Shown: positions 26,550 through 39,236 of the stretch, piece after piece
How positions within the stretch are numbered: the stretch's first letter is position 1
Layout of the letters: each line of letters begins with the position of its first letter
Source: Cyanophora paradoxa CCMP329
Lineage: Eukaryota; Plantae; Glaucophyta
Direction of reading: 5' to 3'
Assembly: GCA_004431415.1 (NCBI GenBank)
Contig: QPMI01000005.1
Span: 124,001 to 188,000 of the forward strand
DNA length: 64,000 nt
The notes under the pieces: generated by a model
Seen by the model: the letters and a program-made list of their open reading frames with translations, nothing else
What the model was told of the DNA's origin: nothing
Database searches by the model: none
Made by a program: the position numbers and the translations under genes

Positions 26550-27250
26550 TTATGTTAGCTATGTTGGCTCAGGTGTTCGCTTATGTTAGCTATAGGTGTA
26601 CCGCTCACAAGACAGACTTTCCGAGGCGGACTGAATTCGCGGAAGGCGGGGGGGGGGGGGGGGGGAAGATGGGGGAAGGGGGAGGGGAGGGGAGGCCTCC
26701 GTGCACGTGTACGAGCTGTGCATGGGCAAGCGAGGATGCGCCGGTCAGATGCTGGGCCGATGCTGCAGACGCGCATGCGCACCTTCAGCCGTTCGCTGCA
26801 CGTGCGGGGCCCTGCGCGGTCGGCGTGCGTGCGTAAGCGACTCGGCGAGCTGCGATCACGAGCGCCGCCCCGCGCGAGCTCGAACGAGTGCCGGGCCGGG
26901 CGCCTACCTCGACGATCCTTAGAAAGCCGGTCGCGTGATTCTAGGAGAGCGTAGTTCTAGAAAGCTTACGAAGCCGTCTCCAAGAAGCTAGGGGAGGCGC
27001 GGAGGGCCGGGGGCGCCAACCTCACTCGAAGACCCTCTTCCTCTGTGTGGGCCCCCCGGTCGCCCCGTCGGCCTCCTTCTCCTCCTCCTCCTTCTCCTGC
27101 GCTGCGTCAGCCCTCATTGCGGGCGCCGCGCCGCGGGCGGCGCCGGGCTGCCGCACCCGTTCCCGCTTCGAATTCGCTGAGCCGCCACCCGAGCTCGAGG
27201 CACCCTCGTCCTGCGGCCGGTTGAGAGGCGCGGCTGAGAGTCTGAGATTC
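26550..27250. repeat. Diverged segmental duplicate of ~39290-40020; its start also matches 22455-22500
   Basis: Shared gctcaggtgttcgcttatgttagct..gtaccgctcacaagacagactttccgaggcgg, gcatgggcaagcgaggatgcgccg and a (CCT)n tract. Confidence 0.8.
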
Positions 27251-27476
27251 ATGGCCCAGAAGAGCACAAGCATGATCTACAATTATAAAACGCTTCCGCG
27301 GGGCGAGGGGGGGGGGGGGAGGGGGGGGGGATTGCGAGGGCGCGAGCGGGGAGGCGCGGCTCACTGATCGCGAAGCGCCAGCGAGGCTGTGCTCGCGCAG
27401 CTGAGGAGGGGCGGCTCGGCTCAGATCTGAGCAGGGGGGAGGGGGGGGGGAGGTGGGAAGGGAGGAGGGGAGGAGG

Positions 27477-29587
27477 TCAGGCGTCGGCGCGAACCGCTGC
27501 GGCGCACTGCTCGAGCAGCGCTTCGATGCTGGCGGCCTTGCGCTTGTTCTGCAGGGGGTACAGGATGGCCGCGCGCGCGAGCGCCGGCCTCAGGTCCTCT
27601 GGTACCTCCCCCGCTGGAGGAACGGTCGTCTGCATGTCAGGGGGGTACAGGCAGGGGCCGTACCGGCGGGGAAGGGGCAGGAGGCCTCGTCGTGGAGGAG
27701 GACGATGTTCTTGCCCGCCCCAATCGCGTGCCGGACCTCGCTCAGCACGCTCGAGCTCTTCAGAACATCTGCGCGACGCAAGCGAGTCAGACATGGACAC
27801 GAGACCGCGCGTGCGAGACAGGGCAGCGAGGGGGCTGGCATGGGCGGCCGGACCCTTCGAGACGATGAGCACGACGCTCGCGGAGGCGTCGATGATCTCA
27901 TGGATCCTGCGGGACGGAGGACGAGACTTGGGGTCAGCGCGGATCGTTCCCGGAGCCTGGGCGGGGCCGGGGACCAGAGGGCGCACCGGTGCAGCTCGGG
28001 GCGGGGGCCGCCGGCATCGAGGAAGACGCGGAGGCCGGGGCGGGTCTGCTCCAGGTGCACCTTGAGGGCGCGGGCGAGCGGTCCCGCCGTGTCGCGCTCG
28101 TGCGAGAGGAACACGTCGTACTGGAACGACGCCGCCGGGAACACTGCGGCGCGGAGTGAGCGCTCGTGCGCGAGAAATGGAGCGAAGGCGGTGCACGGAC
28201 CGGAGGCAGGCACGGCGGGGCGCGGGGGGGCGGCATGGGGCGGCGGGGGCGACGGTTCGGGGGCGGCGGCAGCGGGCTGCGACGCGAAGCGGTGAGGGGC
28301 GGGGCGCGAAGCGGAGAGCTCCGCGGAGGGGCGCACCGCGGCGGAGGGGGCGGTGAGGGAGCGGAGGTAGGGCACGACGGCGGCGCACTGGGCTCCGCCA
28401 TCGTCACGGTTGGCGTTGACGGCGCGGCGGACGGACTTGGGCCACGAGTCCACGACGGGGTTGTGATCGACGTAAAGCGTTTGAAGGGCGGGGAGGCGGC
28501 CGACCTCCGGCGGCAGCGCCGTCAGCCGGTTGCTGTTCGCCCACAGCGTGTGCAGGGCCTCGAGGCATCCGATCTCGGGCGGCAGCGCCGTCAGCCGGTT
28601 GTAGCCCACGCCCAGCGCCTGCAGCGCGGCGAGGCAGCCGATCTCCGGAGGCAGCGCCGTCAGCCGGTTATTCGTCAACCCCAGCCCCGTCAGGTTCGTG
28701 AGCTTGGCGAGCTCAGCCCCCGGAATGCTCGTGAGCTCGTTGTTGCCGAGGTCGAGCACGCGGATGTTCTCGGGCCCCAGCCGCGCGATCTCCGCCGTCG
28801 GCCATTCCGTTCGCCCCTCCGCCCCCAGGTCAAGCCTCCCCTCCCACGGGAACCACCCGTCTATGTCTGCGGGGCGGTCAGCGTCACTGGGTCACTAGCG
28901 CCTGTTGCGTCGGGAGTCAGGAACGCAGGGGCGGGATGTGCACGGACCGAGGGTCGGCGCCGGCGGAGCTGATGGTGCGGCAGCGACGGGCTGCGGAGGG
29001 AGGTGAGGAGCGACCAAGCACCGACCAAGGGAAGGGGCGCGGGGGCGGCGCAGCGGGCGCACCGCGGCGGCGGGGGCGGTGAGGGAGCGAAGGTAGGGCA
29101 TGACGGCGGCGCACTGGGCCCCGCCATCGTCACGGTTGGCGTGGACTGCGAGGCGGACGGGCTCGGGCCACGAGTCCACGACTGGGTTGTTGTGCACGGA
29201 CAGCGTGACCAGGGCATCGAGGCGGCCGATCTCCAGCGGCAGCGCCGCCAGCCCGTTGTTGTCCACAAACAGCGTATGCAGGGCCTTGAGGCAGCCGATC
29301 TCGGGTGGAAGGGCCGTCAGCCGGTTGTGGCCCACGCCAAGCGCCTGCAGCGCGGTGAGGCGGCCGATCTCCGGCGGCAGCGTCGTCAGCCGAGTATACG
29401 TCAATCCCAGCGCCTCCAGTTTTGTCAGCTTGGCGAGCTCGGCGCCCGGGATGCTCCTCAGTTTGTTGTTGCCGAGGTCGAGCACGCGGATGTTCTCCGG
29501 CCCCACCCGCGCGATCGCCGCTGCCGGCCACTCCGTCCACCCCTCCGCCTCTAGGTCCAGCTTCCCTTGCTCCGGGTCCCACCTCAT
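27477..29587 (-). CDS. LRR-TIR copy 2: two LRR modules (5+5 repeats) plus TIR subtype B
   Basis: Module A 29587-28948, intron 28947-28867, module B 28866-28201. TIR exons start at 28143: YDVFLSHERDTAGPLARALKVHLE..VLSEVRHAIGAGKNIV..PEDL..ASIEALL. Junctions are in frame. Confidence 0.88.
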
Positions 29588-30879
29588 GGCCTGGGGGGAG
29601 CCGCAGGGCGTAGCGTGACGCAGGAAGCCGCTGAGCGCGCCCGCCGACAGCCGCCAGCGTCCGTCAGCTGCAACGGAGCCGGTCACGCGGTCTCCGCTGG
29701 CTGCTCGCGCTGTGCTGAACTGCAGCGAACTCGCTGCGAACGAAGCACTGGGGTACAGTCGCAGCGCCCGGCGCAGCGCCAGCAAGCCAGAGTTGAATAG
29801 CGTCCGGCAAGCACTCGGACCGTGTCGGACGATCATTTGGATCGCTACAGGGTGCGTGGTGCGGCTTGTCAAGTTGCTCTCCGTAGCCTCCATCTCTTGA
29901 CCGCGAGCCGCCGACCCGCCAGGCCGCAACCGATCGGCCCGCGCGGCGCGCATATTGCATGCCGCGGCAGGACGCCTTCTCCCATTGCGCCAGCCCGCTC
30001 GTAATTCCGATCCGCTCATTCAGATGCAACGCCAGCCGCCCAGCCGCTCATTCAATCCGATCTGATCTGTCCGAGCCGCCTGGCCCGAGCACCTCTCGGG
30101 CGGCCACGTCTCGTTGCGGCGCTGCCAAGTCTTCTCCGAGGCTCGCTCACGGCCGCGCCTCACGCGCCTCACGGCCGCCGCGGGGTGCGTTTGGAGCGCT
30201 TCTGATGCGGTTCGGTCGGCGGCAGGGCGTGCCCTTTGTCAGCCGGAGCGGACTCTTCCATTCTCTCGCCCTCGGGCGCGTTCGGTCCAGCGGAACGGGC
30301 TCCATGCGACCCCGCACGATCGGAGCGGACTCTCGATCTCATCTTTCCTGCATTAGGGTGCGCTTCGGGCCCGCGCCGCCCACCTTGGGCCGCCCCGCGT
30401 CCTTATCTCGCCCTCAGGCCTGGCCGAACAGTTTTTTCGCTGTACCCCTCCACCACGGCGGCGCCGAGCCCCGAAGGGCGCACCGATGGAATCTCCTTGT
30501 CATTCCCGATCGAACGGTGTGCGGCACGTCGTGGCGGTGCGTTCTAAGTACCTGTACCCCCATATCCCTCCGGACCCGACCTTCGCCCCAGGACCCCGTT
30601 GGACTTTTGTCCGCCCCTCTCGAGCACGGCGAATCGAATGGTGCGCACCACGCCGGCCGTATCCACATGCCCGAAGCGCTAGAGCCGCCCCGACCCCTTG
30701 ATCTTGCCAGTGATTGGGTACCCGGACGCTCGACCCCTTGATCAGGTACCCGGGCGCTTCTGGGGCCGATCCCGCGGGCAAAAGGCTGTTCTCACGCCTC
30801 GGGCGACCTCAGAGACCTTGTAGGACCGCAGAGGGGTCGGCGACGGTGCTGGCGGCCCTGCGCTCAGTCCAAGGTCGAG
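29285..30879. repeat. Near-identical direct segmental duplication, copy 1 (copy 2 at ~36975-38570)
   Basis: Sequence matches at an offset of 7690-7691 bp, and the ORF translations are identical in the track. Confidence 0.95.
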
Positions 30880-31004
30880 AGTACGCACGGTGCTGCGGGC
30901 CGCCGCCGGGCCGGGCGGGCGCCCCGATGCCAGCCGCCCCGCTTGCTCGCCCCCCCGCGGCCGATTGCTTGCTCGCTCCCCCTCGGCCCGGGCCGGGGGA
31001 GCGA

Positions 31005-31400
31005 GCAATCGATATCGGCACGGCGCAGGCGTGCGCAATTGATATATACATCGCTTGTAAGTATATCAATTTGTACGTATACGGCGGTGATCATGAGCTC
31101 GAGGGTGGCGATGTGCATACATATGGAAGGTCCTAGGTTTGGAGCAATCGATATCGATATCGATATCGATATCGCGATCGCGATCGATATCGGCTGCGCA
31201 TATCGGGCGCGCATGCGCATGCGGCCGCGGGCCGGCGCCGCCCGGCGCGCGGCCGCGCGCGCGCGGCCGGCGCTGCCGCGGGCTCCGGCGCCGGCCGCAG
31301 TGCATACGCACTGCAGCTGCCGAATTCGAATGCACGTACAGCTGCGCGTCTAAAGCTCTCCAGATCCTACTAGCTATAGGCAGCAAGATCTAGGTAGATC
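31005..31400. repeat. Palindrome-rich low-complexity tract including (ATCGAT)n
   Basis: atcgatatcgatatcgatatcgatatcgcgatcgcgatcgatatcg, gcgcatgcgcatgc, tctaggtagatctaga. Confidence 0.8.
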
Positions 31401-31866
31401 TAGACCGGTACCAGTCTGACCAAGTTTAGACCAACGAGCTGGGGGGTACCGTTGCAACCGGTGCCCATCGAAGTGCAGCTGCAGCTGACTCAGGCCGTTC
31501 ATCGAAGCTGCAACGCGTTCCGCAGCAGCGGATGCGAAGCCGCAACGCGTTCCGCAACAGCGTTTCCAAGCACCGGGCGAGCAGCCAGCGACACGTCCGA
31601 GCGGGCGGGGGCGAGCACGAGAACTTCTGACCAGTCGCTTCGAAAGTTTGTTTTGCTGCCGACCAATTGCAAGGGAATCCGTCGAAGGTGCGCGACTCGG
31701 GACGGCGCATAGCATACGAGGCTAGAAACTACGCTTCGCTTTCGGTCGGACGGTGTGCCGAGAAGCGTTAATTGCCGCTTCGAAATCCCACCAAGCCACG
31801 CGGTGGGCAGGCGGAGCGGGGGCGCGCTCCCCGCAGCGCGCCTCTGCCGCTGACCGCCCCGCAGGC

Positions 31867-34800
31867 ATGGGCTGTGGGTGGGAACCGAAGGAGGGGAAGC
31901 TGGACTTGAAGGGAGAGCTGCGAACGGAATGGCCGGCGGCGGAGATCGCGCGGGTTGGGCCTGAGAACATCTTTGTGCTCGACCTCAGCAAGAACAGGCT
32001 GACGGGCATCCCGGGCGCCGAGCTCGCCAAGCTGACAAACCTGGAGAGGCTGTTTTTGAGCGGTAATTTGCTGACGGCGCTGCCGTTGGAGATCGGCCGC
32101 CTCGCCGCCCTGTCGTGGCTGGACGTGAGCAACAACCAGCTGACGGCACTGCCTCCGGAGATCGGCTGCCTCGCCACCCTGCATCAGCTGGTAGCGAGCC
32201 GCAACCATCTGATGTCGCTGCCGTCGGAGACAGGCGCCCTCGCCGCCCTGGAGGTGCTGAACGTGAGCCACAACCGGCTGACGTCGCTGCCGCCGGAGAT
32301 CGGCCGCCTCGACGCCCTTCAGTCGCTGGGCGTGACCGACAACCAGCTTACGTCCCTGCCGCCGGAGATCGGCCGCCTCGCCGCCCTGCGGTTGCTATAC
32401 GCTCACGGCAACCCCGTCGTGGACTCCTGGCCCGAGCCCGTCCGCTGCGCCGTCAACGATAATTCCGACGTCAGCTGCCGCGATGCCTCTGCCGTTTCCG
32501 GGAAAGCCCAGCTCGCTGCCGTCGTGCCCTACCTCCGCTCCCTCCTCGCCCCCGAGGCCGCGGTGCGCCCCGCCGCGCCGCCCCCGTGCCCCACCTCTCA
32601 CCCGCCGTCGCAGCCGGCGACTGACGCCCCGCACGCCCCAAGCCCTCCCGCGCCGACCTCAGGTCCGTGCAACGCTGCCCGGGCCGCCCCAATCGGGACC
32701 TCACCCGTGCGCGACCGAATCGCGCAGGCGAGCCCTCGCGCGGGACGTGGAACCAGAGGAACGGGAAGTTGGACCTGCAGAAGACGGGGCAGACGAACTG
32801 GCCCTCGGGGAGAATCGCGCGGTTCGGCTCCAAGAACATACAGGAGCTCGACCTCGGAGGGAACAAGCTCGCGCGCATCCCGGGGGCGGAGCTCGCCAAG
32901 CTGACGAACCTGAAGAAGCTGTGGTTGAGCGGCAACCAGCTGACGTCGCTGCCGTCGGAGATCGGCGCCCTCGCCGCCCTGCAGGAGCTGCACGTGGAGG
33001 GCAATCAGCTCACGGCTCTGCCGCCGGAGATCGGCCTGCTTTGCCTGCAGAAACTGGATGCGAGCAACAACCAGCTGACGGCGCTGCCGCCGGATATCAA
33101 CCGCCTCTTCGCCCTGCAGCAGCTGAACGCAAGCAGGAACCAGTTAACGACGCTGCCTTCGGAGATCGGCCACCTCGCCGTCCTGCGGGGGCTGGACGTT
33201 AGCGGCAACCAGCTGACGGCGCTGCCATCGGAGATCGGCCGCCTCGATGCCCTGGTGACGCTGTCCGTGCACAACAACCCCGTTGTGGACTCGTGGCCCG
33301 AGCTCATCCGCCGCGCCGTCAACGACAATGAGGGTGACGGTCAAGCCCAGCTCGCCGCCGTCGTGCCCTACCTCCGCTCCCTCCCCGCCCCCACCGCCGC
33401 GGTGAGCCCCGCCGCGCCGTCCCTGCGCCCCACTCCTCACCCGCCGTTGCAGCCCGCCACCAACGCCCCGCACGCCCCAATCCCTCCCGCGCCGGCCTCC
33501 GGTCCGTGCACATCAAAACGACCCAGTTATAACCTCGCCTGAGCTTTACGCCGCCCTGCAGGCACGGACAGGAGGTGGAAAGCGGAGCAGGGGATACTTT
33601 ACCTGCGGAGAGAGGGGCGGACGGAGTGGCCGGCGGTGGAGATCGCGCGGGCGGGGCCCGAGAACATACGCGAGCTCGACCTCGGAGGAAACAAGCTCAC
33701 GCGCATCCCAGGGGCGGAGCTCGCAAAGCTCACGAACCTGGAGAAGCTGGAGTTAAGCGGCAACCAGCTGACATCGCTGCCGCCGGAGATCGGCCACCTT
33801 GCCGCCCTGAAGTTTCTGAACGTGACCAACAACCAGCTGGCGGCGCTGCCGCCGGAGATCGCCCGCCTCGCCACCCTACAGACGCTGAACTTGAGTTGGA
33901 ACAAGTTGACGGCGTTGCCGCCGGAGATCGGCCACCTCGCCGCCTTGCGGAAGCTGGATTCCACGTTCAACCAGCTGACAACGCTGCCGCCGGAGATCGG
34001 TCTCCTCGCCGCCCTGGAGGAGCTGCAGTTGCGGTGCAATAAGCTGACGTCGCTGCCGCCGGAGATCGGCCGCCTTGCCGCCCTGAAGTCTCTGTACGTG
34101 GATGGCAACCAGCTGGCGGTGGTGCCGCCGGAGATTGGCCGCCTTCCCGCCCTGCAGTGCCTGTTAGTGCACAGCAACCCCGTCGTGGACTTGAGCACGA
34201 GCTCGTGGCCGGACTCTATCCGTAACTTCGTCAGCTTAGATTGTAACAGCAATTCCTACGATGACCAGACCGCCTACGATTCCGGGAAAGTCCAATGCGC
34301 CGCTGTCGTGCCCTACCTCCGCTCCCTCCTCGCCCCTGAGGCCGCGGTGAGCCCCCCCCCCCACCCCCCCACCCTCCCCCCCCGAGCCCCCCCCCCCCCC
34401 CCCCCCCCGAGCCCCCGCCCCGCGCCCCCCCCCCCCCCCCACCCCCTGACCCGCTGCCGCAGCCCGCCGCCCGCGCCGCCGAACCTCCTCCGCCCCTGCC
34501 GCCCCATGCCGCCCTGCGCCCTGCCGCGCCTGCCTCTGGTCCGTGCACTGCTTCCGGTCCGTGCACTGCTTCAGCTCCAGCCTCCGCACGCGAGCTCTAA
34601 CGCCGCGCCGCAGTGTTCCCGGCGGCCTCGGCGCCGGCCAAGTTCGACGTGTTCCTCTCCCACGAGCGCGACACGGCGGGCCCCCTCGCCCGCGCCCTCA
34701 CGGTGCACCTGGAACAGGCCCGCCCCGGCCTCCGCGTCTTCCTCGATGCCGGCGAGCCCCGCCCCGAGCTGCACCGGTGCGCCCTCTGGTCCCCGGCCCC

Positions 34801-35324
34801 GCCCAGGCTCCGGGAAGGATCCGCGCTGACCCCAAGTCTCGTCCTCCGTCCCGCAGGATCCATGAGATCATCGACGCCTCCGCGAGCGTCGTGCTCATCA
34901 TCTCGAAGGGTCCGGCCGCCCAGCTCCCCTCGCTGCCCTGTCTCGCACGCGCGGTCTCGTGCCCATGTCTGACCCGCCTGCGTCGCGCAGATGTTCTGAA
35001 GAGCTCGAGCGTGCTGGGCGAGGTTCGGCACGCAATTGGGGCGGGCAAGAACATCGTCCTCCTCCACGACGAGGCCTCCTGCCCCTTCCCCGCCGGTACG
35101 GCCCCTGCCTGTACCCCCCTGACATGCAGCCGACCGTTCCTCCAGCGGCGGAGATCCCGGAGGACCTGAAGCCGGCGCTCTCTCGCGCGGCTATCCCGTA
35201 CCCCCTGCAGAACAAGCGCAAGGCGGCCAGCATCGAAGCGCTGCTCGAGCAGTGCGCCGCAGCGGTTCGCGCCGACGCCGTACCCCCTTTCATCCCCCCT
35301 CCCCCCCGAGAGGCTCAGATCTGA
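31867..35324 (+). CDS. LRR-TIR copy 3: three LRR modules (7+7+8 repeats) plus TIR subtype B
   Basis: Modules 31867-32662, 32728-33501 and 33562-34538, each with an internal linker intron (e.g. 34347-34462). TIR starts at 34614: FDVFLSH..VLGEVRHA. All junctions are in frame. Confidence 0.88.
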
Positions 35325-36500
35325 GCCGCCGCCTCTCCGGCGCCTCGCGACCGGTCAGCTGCGCCTCTTCGCCCGCGTCCTCTCGTCCCACCCATTCATA
35401 TTCATCATGCGGTGGGTGCGCAGGGCCAGCTGCCGGCCGGCCGGCCGGGGCAGGAGGAGGGCGCCTCGTGATCGGGCGGCGGGGCGGAGCTCTGGGAAGG
35501 AAAAGGCCCAGACAAGGACCGTCGAGGTGGGCCCTCGCGATCGAGCTCGTGCCGGGCGGCGCGATCCCCCTCAGGCCTGAGCGGGGCGGGCGCCGCAGGG
35601 CTTCGCCCAGGACGGGGTCCGGATGCTCTAGAAGAAGGTGTGCGCGCGCCTGTACCCCCGTCTCAACTCCAGCTCGCATGAACGCCCTCCGGATCCTCAG
35701 GTCATCGTCGATTCGGAGAGGTCCTGCACGATCGCTGTACCCCAGGGGCGGCCTTCGAAACGCCGTACCCCGCGGGCAGCTGCCGGTGGCGGGGGGCATG
35801 GGGGACTACCGCTGGCTCCGGGGCGAGATCGAGCAGGCCGTGGGGCGAGGCAGGGCGGCCCTGGGCGGCTTCAGCATGGAGGGTGCCCGGCTCCGGACTC
35901 CCGTGCCCCTCGCCCCCGCCCGCGCCTGACACGGCGCCTCAGCTGCAGGCAAGAGCTTCGGCGAGACGAGGAGGGCCGCGAGGGCGCCCCCGGCGACGGC
36001 GACCCCGATCATTGTTAGCACTATAGCTATAGCTAGCCGCGTCTGCATCGCTCCTGTCCCAGCGGGCGTGGGTCCCCTCGTCGCAGACCTCGAGCAGCAG
36101 CCAGGAAAAACAAACTTTGTGGAAACAAGTACCAACTCGAGTCAACAAGTGAACATTCTGATGCTAGCTATAGTAGCGGCCAGGGCAGGACTGGGAGCCC
36201 GGGGGGCCGGGCCGGGCCGGGGGAGAGGGAGGGGGGAAGGCGCCCGAGGCCTCCTCGAGGACAAAGAGAGGGGGGCGAGAGGGGCGGGGGAGGGGAGAGG
36301 GGAGGAAGGGCCCCTCCAGGGCCAGGGGAGGCGGGGGCGCTGACGGCAGGCGAGAGGAAGCGAGCGACCGCCTCGGACGACGGGGGCGAGGCGGGAGGCC
36401 GAGCGGAGGCGGGCGGAGGCGGGGCGGAGGCGCGGGACGGCCCGGGGCCGACGGGGACGAGGCGAGAGGCGGGCGGGGCCCTCAGCGGCGGGCGGGGCCC

Positions 36501-37277
36501 TCAGCGGCGGGCGCCCTCGTCGCAGGCCTCGAGCAGCATCTCGACGCTGACCTTGCGGAACCGCGCCTCGGCGTAGTACGGGATCGCCTTGCGCGCGAAC
36601 ACGAGCCGCAGGTCCTCCGGGATCTCCGCAGCTGTGGGGCGATCAAATTCCGAAGTTCGGTTGGCTGGTGGTTCTGGGGCGGGGGCGCACGGGCGGGGAA
36701 GCGGCAGGACTTCTCGTCGTGGAGGAGAACGACGTTCTTCCCCGCCCGCGCCGCGTGCCGCACCTCGCCCAGCACGTACTGGCTCGCCACGACGTCGACG
36801 TCCCCCTCGAGGGGCGGGCCGGGTCGTGTACATGTGTGTTTATCAGATATCACAATAGCGCTCGGCTAGCTTACAATAGCGTTGTGCACGGACAGCGTCA
36901 CCAGGGCATCGAGGCGGCCGTCTCCGACGGCAGCGCCGTCAGCTGGTTGTTGCCCACCCACAGCTCCTGCAGGGCCTTGAGGCAGCCGATCTCGGGTGGA
37001 AGCGCCGTCAGGCGGTTGTGGCCAACGCCCAGCGCCTGCAGCGCGGTGAGGCGGCCGATCTCCGGCGGCAGCGTCGTCATCGAGTAAACGTCAATCCCAG
37101 CGCCTCCAGTTTTGTCAGCTTGGCGAGCTCGGCGCCCGGGATGCTCCTCAGTTTGTTGTTGCCGAGGTCGAGCACGCGGATGTTCTCCGGCCCCACCCGC
37201 GCGATCGCCGCTGCCGGCCACTCCGTCCACCCCTCCGCCTCTAGGTCCAGCTTCCCTTGCTCCGGGTCCCACCTCAT
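36501..37277 (-). pseudogene. LRR-TIR copy 4: chimeric, deleted and frameshifted
   Basis: The 5' part duplicates module A of copy 2 with 1-bp deletions (~37080, ~36920). It is joined through AT-rich filler (36830-36880) to the C-terminal half of a subtype A TIR (QYVLGEVRHAARAGK..IPYYAEARFR). Confidence 0.85.
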
Positions 37278-38570
37278 GGCCTGGGGGGAGCCGCAGGGCG
37301 TAGCGTGACGCAGGAAGCCGCTGAGCGCGCCCGCCGACAGCCGCCAGCGTCCGTCAGCTGCAACGGAGCCGGTCACGCGGTCTCCGCTGGCTGCTCGCGC
37401 TGTGCTGAACTGCAGCGAACTCGCTGCGAACGAAGCACTGGGGTACAGTCGCAGCGCCCGGCGCAGCGCCAGCAAGCCAGAGTTGAATAGCGTCCGGCAA
37501 GCACTCGGACCGTGTCGGACGATCATTTGGATCGCTACAGGGTGCGTGGTGCGGCTTGTCAAGTTGCTCTCCGTAGCCTCCATCTCTTGACCGCGAGCCG
37601 CCGACCCGCCAGGCCGCAACCGATCGGCCCGCGCGGCGCGCATATTGCATGCCGCGGCAGGACGCCTTCTCCCATTGCGCCAGCCCGCTCGTAATTCCGA
37701 TCCGCTCATTCAGATGCAACGCCAGCCGCCCAGCCGCTCATTCAATCCGATCTGATCTGTCCGAGCCGCCTGGCCCCGAGCACCTCTCGGGCGGCCACGT
37801 CTCGTTGCGGCGCTGCCAAGTCTTCTCCGAGGCTCGCTCACGGCCGCGCCTCACGCGCCTCACGGCCGCCGCGGGGTGCGTTTGGAGCGCTTCTGATGCG
37901 GTTCGGTCGGCGGCAGGGCGTGCCCTTTGTCAGCCGGAGCGGACTCTTCCATTCTCTCGCCCTCGGGCGCGTTCGGTCCAGCGGAACGGGCTCCATGCGA
38001 CCCCGCACGATCGGAGCGGACTCTCGATCTCATCTTTCCTGCATTAGGGTGCGCTTCGGGCCCGCGCCGCCCACCTTGGGCCGCCCCGCGTCCTTATCTC
38101 GCCCTCAGGCCTGGCCGAACAGTTTTTTCGCTGTACCCCTCCACCACGGCGGCGCCGAGCCCCGAAGGGCGCACCGATGGAATCTCCTTGTCATTCCCGA
38201 TCGAACGGTGTGCGGCACGTCGTGGCGGTGCGTTCTAAGTACCTGTACCCCCATATCCCTCCGGACCCGACCTTCGCCCCAGGACCCCGTTGGACTTTTG
38301 TCCGCCCCTCTCGAGCACGGCGAATCGAATGGTGCGCACCACGCCGGCCGTATCCACATGCCCGAAGCGCTAGAGCCGCCCCGACCCCTTGATCTTGCCA
38401 GTGATTGGGTACCCGGACGCTCGACCCCTTGATCAGGTACCCGGGCGCTTCTGGGGCCGATCCCGCGGGCAAAAGGCTGTTCTCACGCCTCGGGCGACCT
38501 CAGAGACCTTGTAGGACCGCAGAGGGGTCGGCGACGGTGCTGGCGGCCCTGCGCTCAGTCCAAGGTCGAG
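36975..38570. repeat. Segmental duplication, copy 2 of 29285-30879
   Basis: Direct sequence match. Confidence 0.95.
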
Positions 38571-39157
38571 TCCAAGCGAAGTCCAAGCCTGGCAGGGTTC
38601 CGCCCTCGAGTACCCCTCTCGGGCCGGCCGCCCCTCTGCCTCCGCCGGGTCGCCTGAGTCCGTCTGAGCCGTCCGAGCCGTCTGAGGCCGCCCCGCCCCG
38701 GGCCTCTGCCCTCCCCGTGCTATCCCTGCACCCCGCCATCCCATTCCCGCCCTTCGTTCGGCCGCTCACCGTAGTACCCATCTCTCCCCTCTCTGCCCCT
38801 TGTCTTCTACTCCACCCCCCCACCCCCCCCCCCCCCCCCCCCCCCCAGAGCCGTCCTCTGGAGCCGCCGGCCCCACGCTCTAGCTCCCCGGCGCGGCCTC
38901 CCGGCCTCCGAGCCTCGGCGATCAATCTTCGCGGCTCCTTCAATCGTCCGCGGCGCGGGGCCCGCTCGGGCTCGGGCCCCCGCCCGCCGGCGCTCCCCTC
39001 CCTCCCCCCCGCCCTCCGCCGGTCGCGAGGCGCGCCGCGGGTTGCAGCGGCGCTGCGAGGACCCGAGGACTCGGAGCCGAGCGGCTGAGCAGGGGGCCGC
39101 CTTCCTCCCCCCAGCTCCCAGCCTGCCGGCCGTCCTGACCATCGTCGCGGACGCACA

Positions 39158-39236
39158 CTGGACGCCGCGGGACGACTACCTCATCTCCGTCGGCGGCGCC
39201 GACCTCTGCGTCATGCAGTGGCGCCGCGAGAAGTAG
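39158..39236 (+). pseudogene. Orphan duplicate of the terminal exon end of the calpain-EML gene
   Basis: WTPRDDYLISVGGADLCVMQWRREK* is identical to 22327-22405 and is followed by similar 3' flank. Confidence 0.92.

Noticed and set aside
34347-34462. Apparent frameshift in the poly-C linker of copy 3 (also ~40850-40908 in copy 5)
   Set aside because: These stretches are introns (gtgag/gtacg ... ctgac/ctcac ... cgcag), and removing them restores the frame.
35700-36000. Possible gene fragment (..GMGDYRWLRGEIEQAVG..) with an intron-like segment
   Set aside because: Too short, with no recognisable family and no complete gene model.
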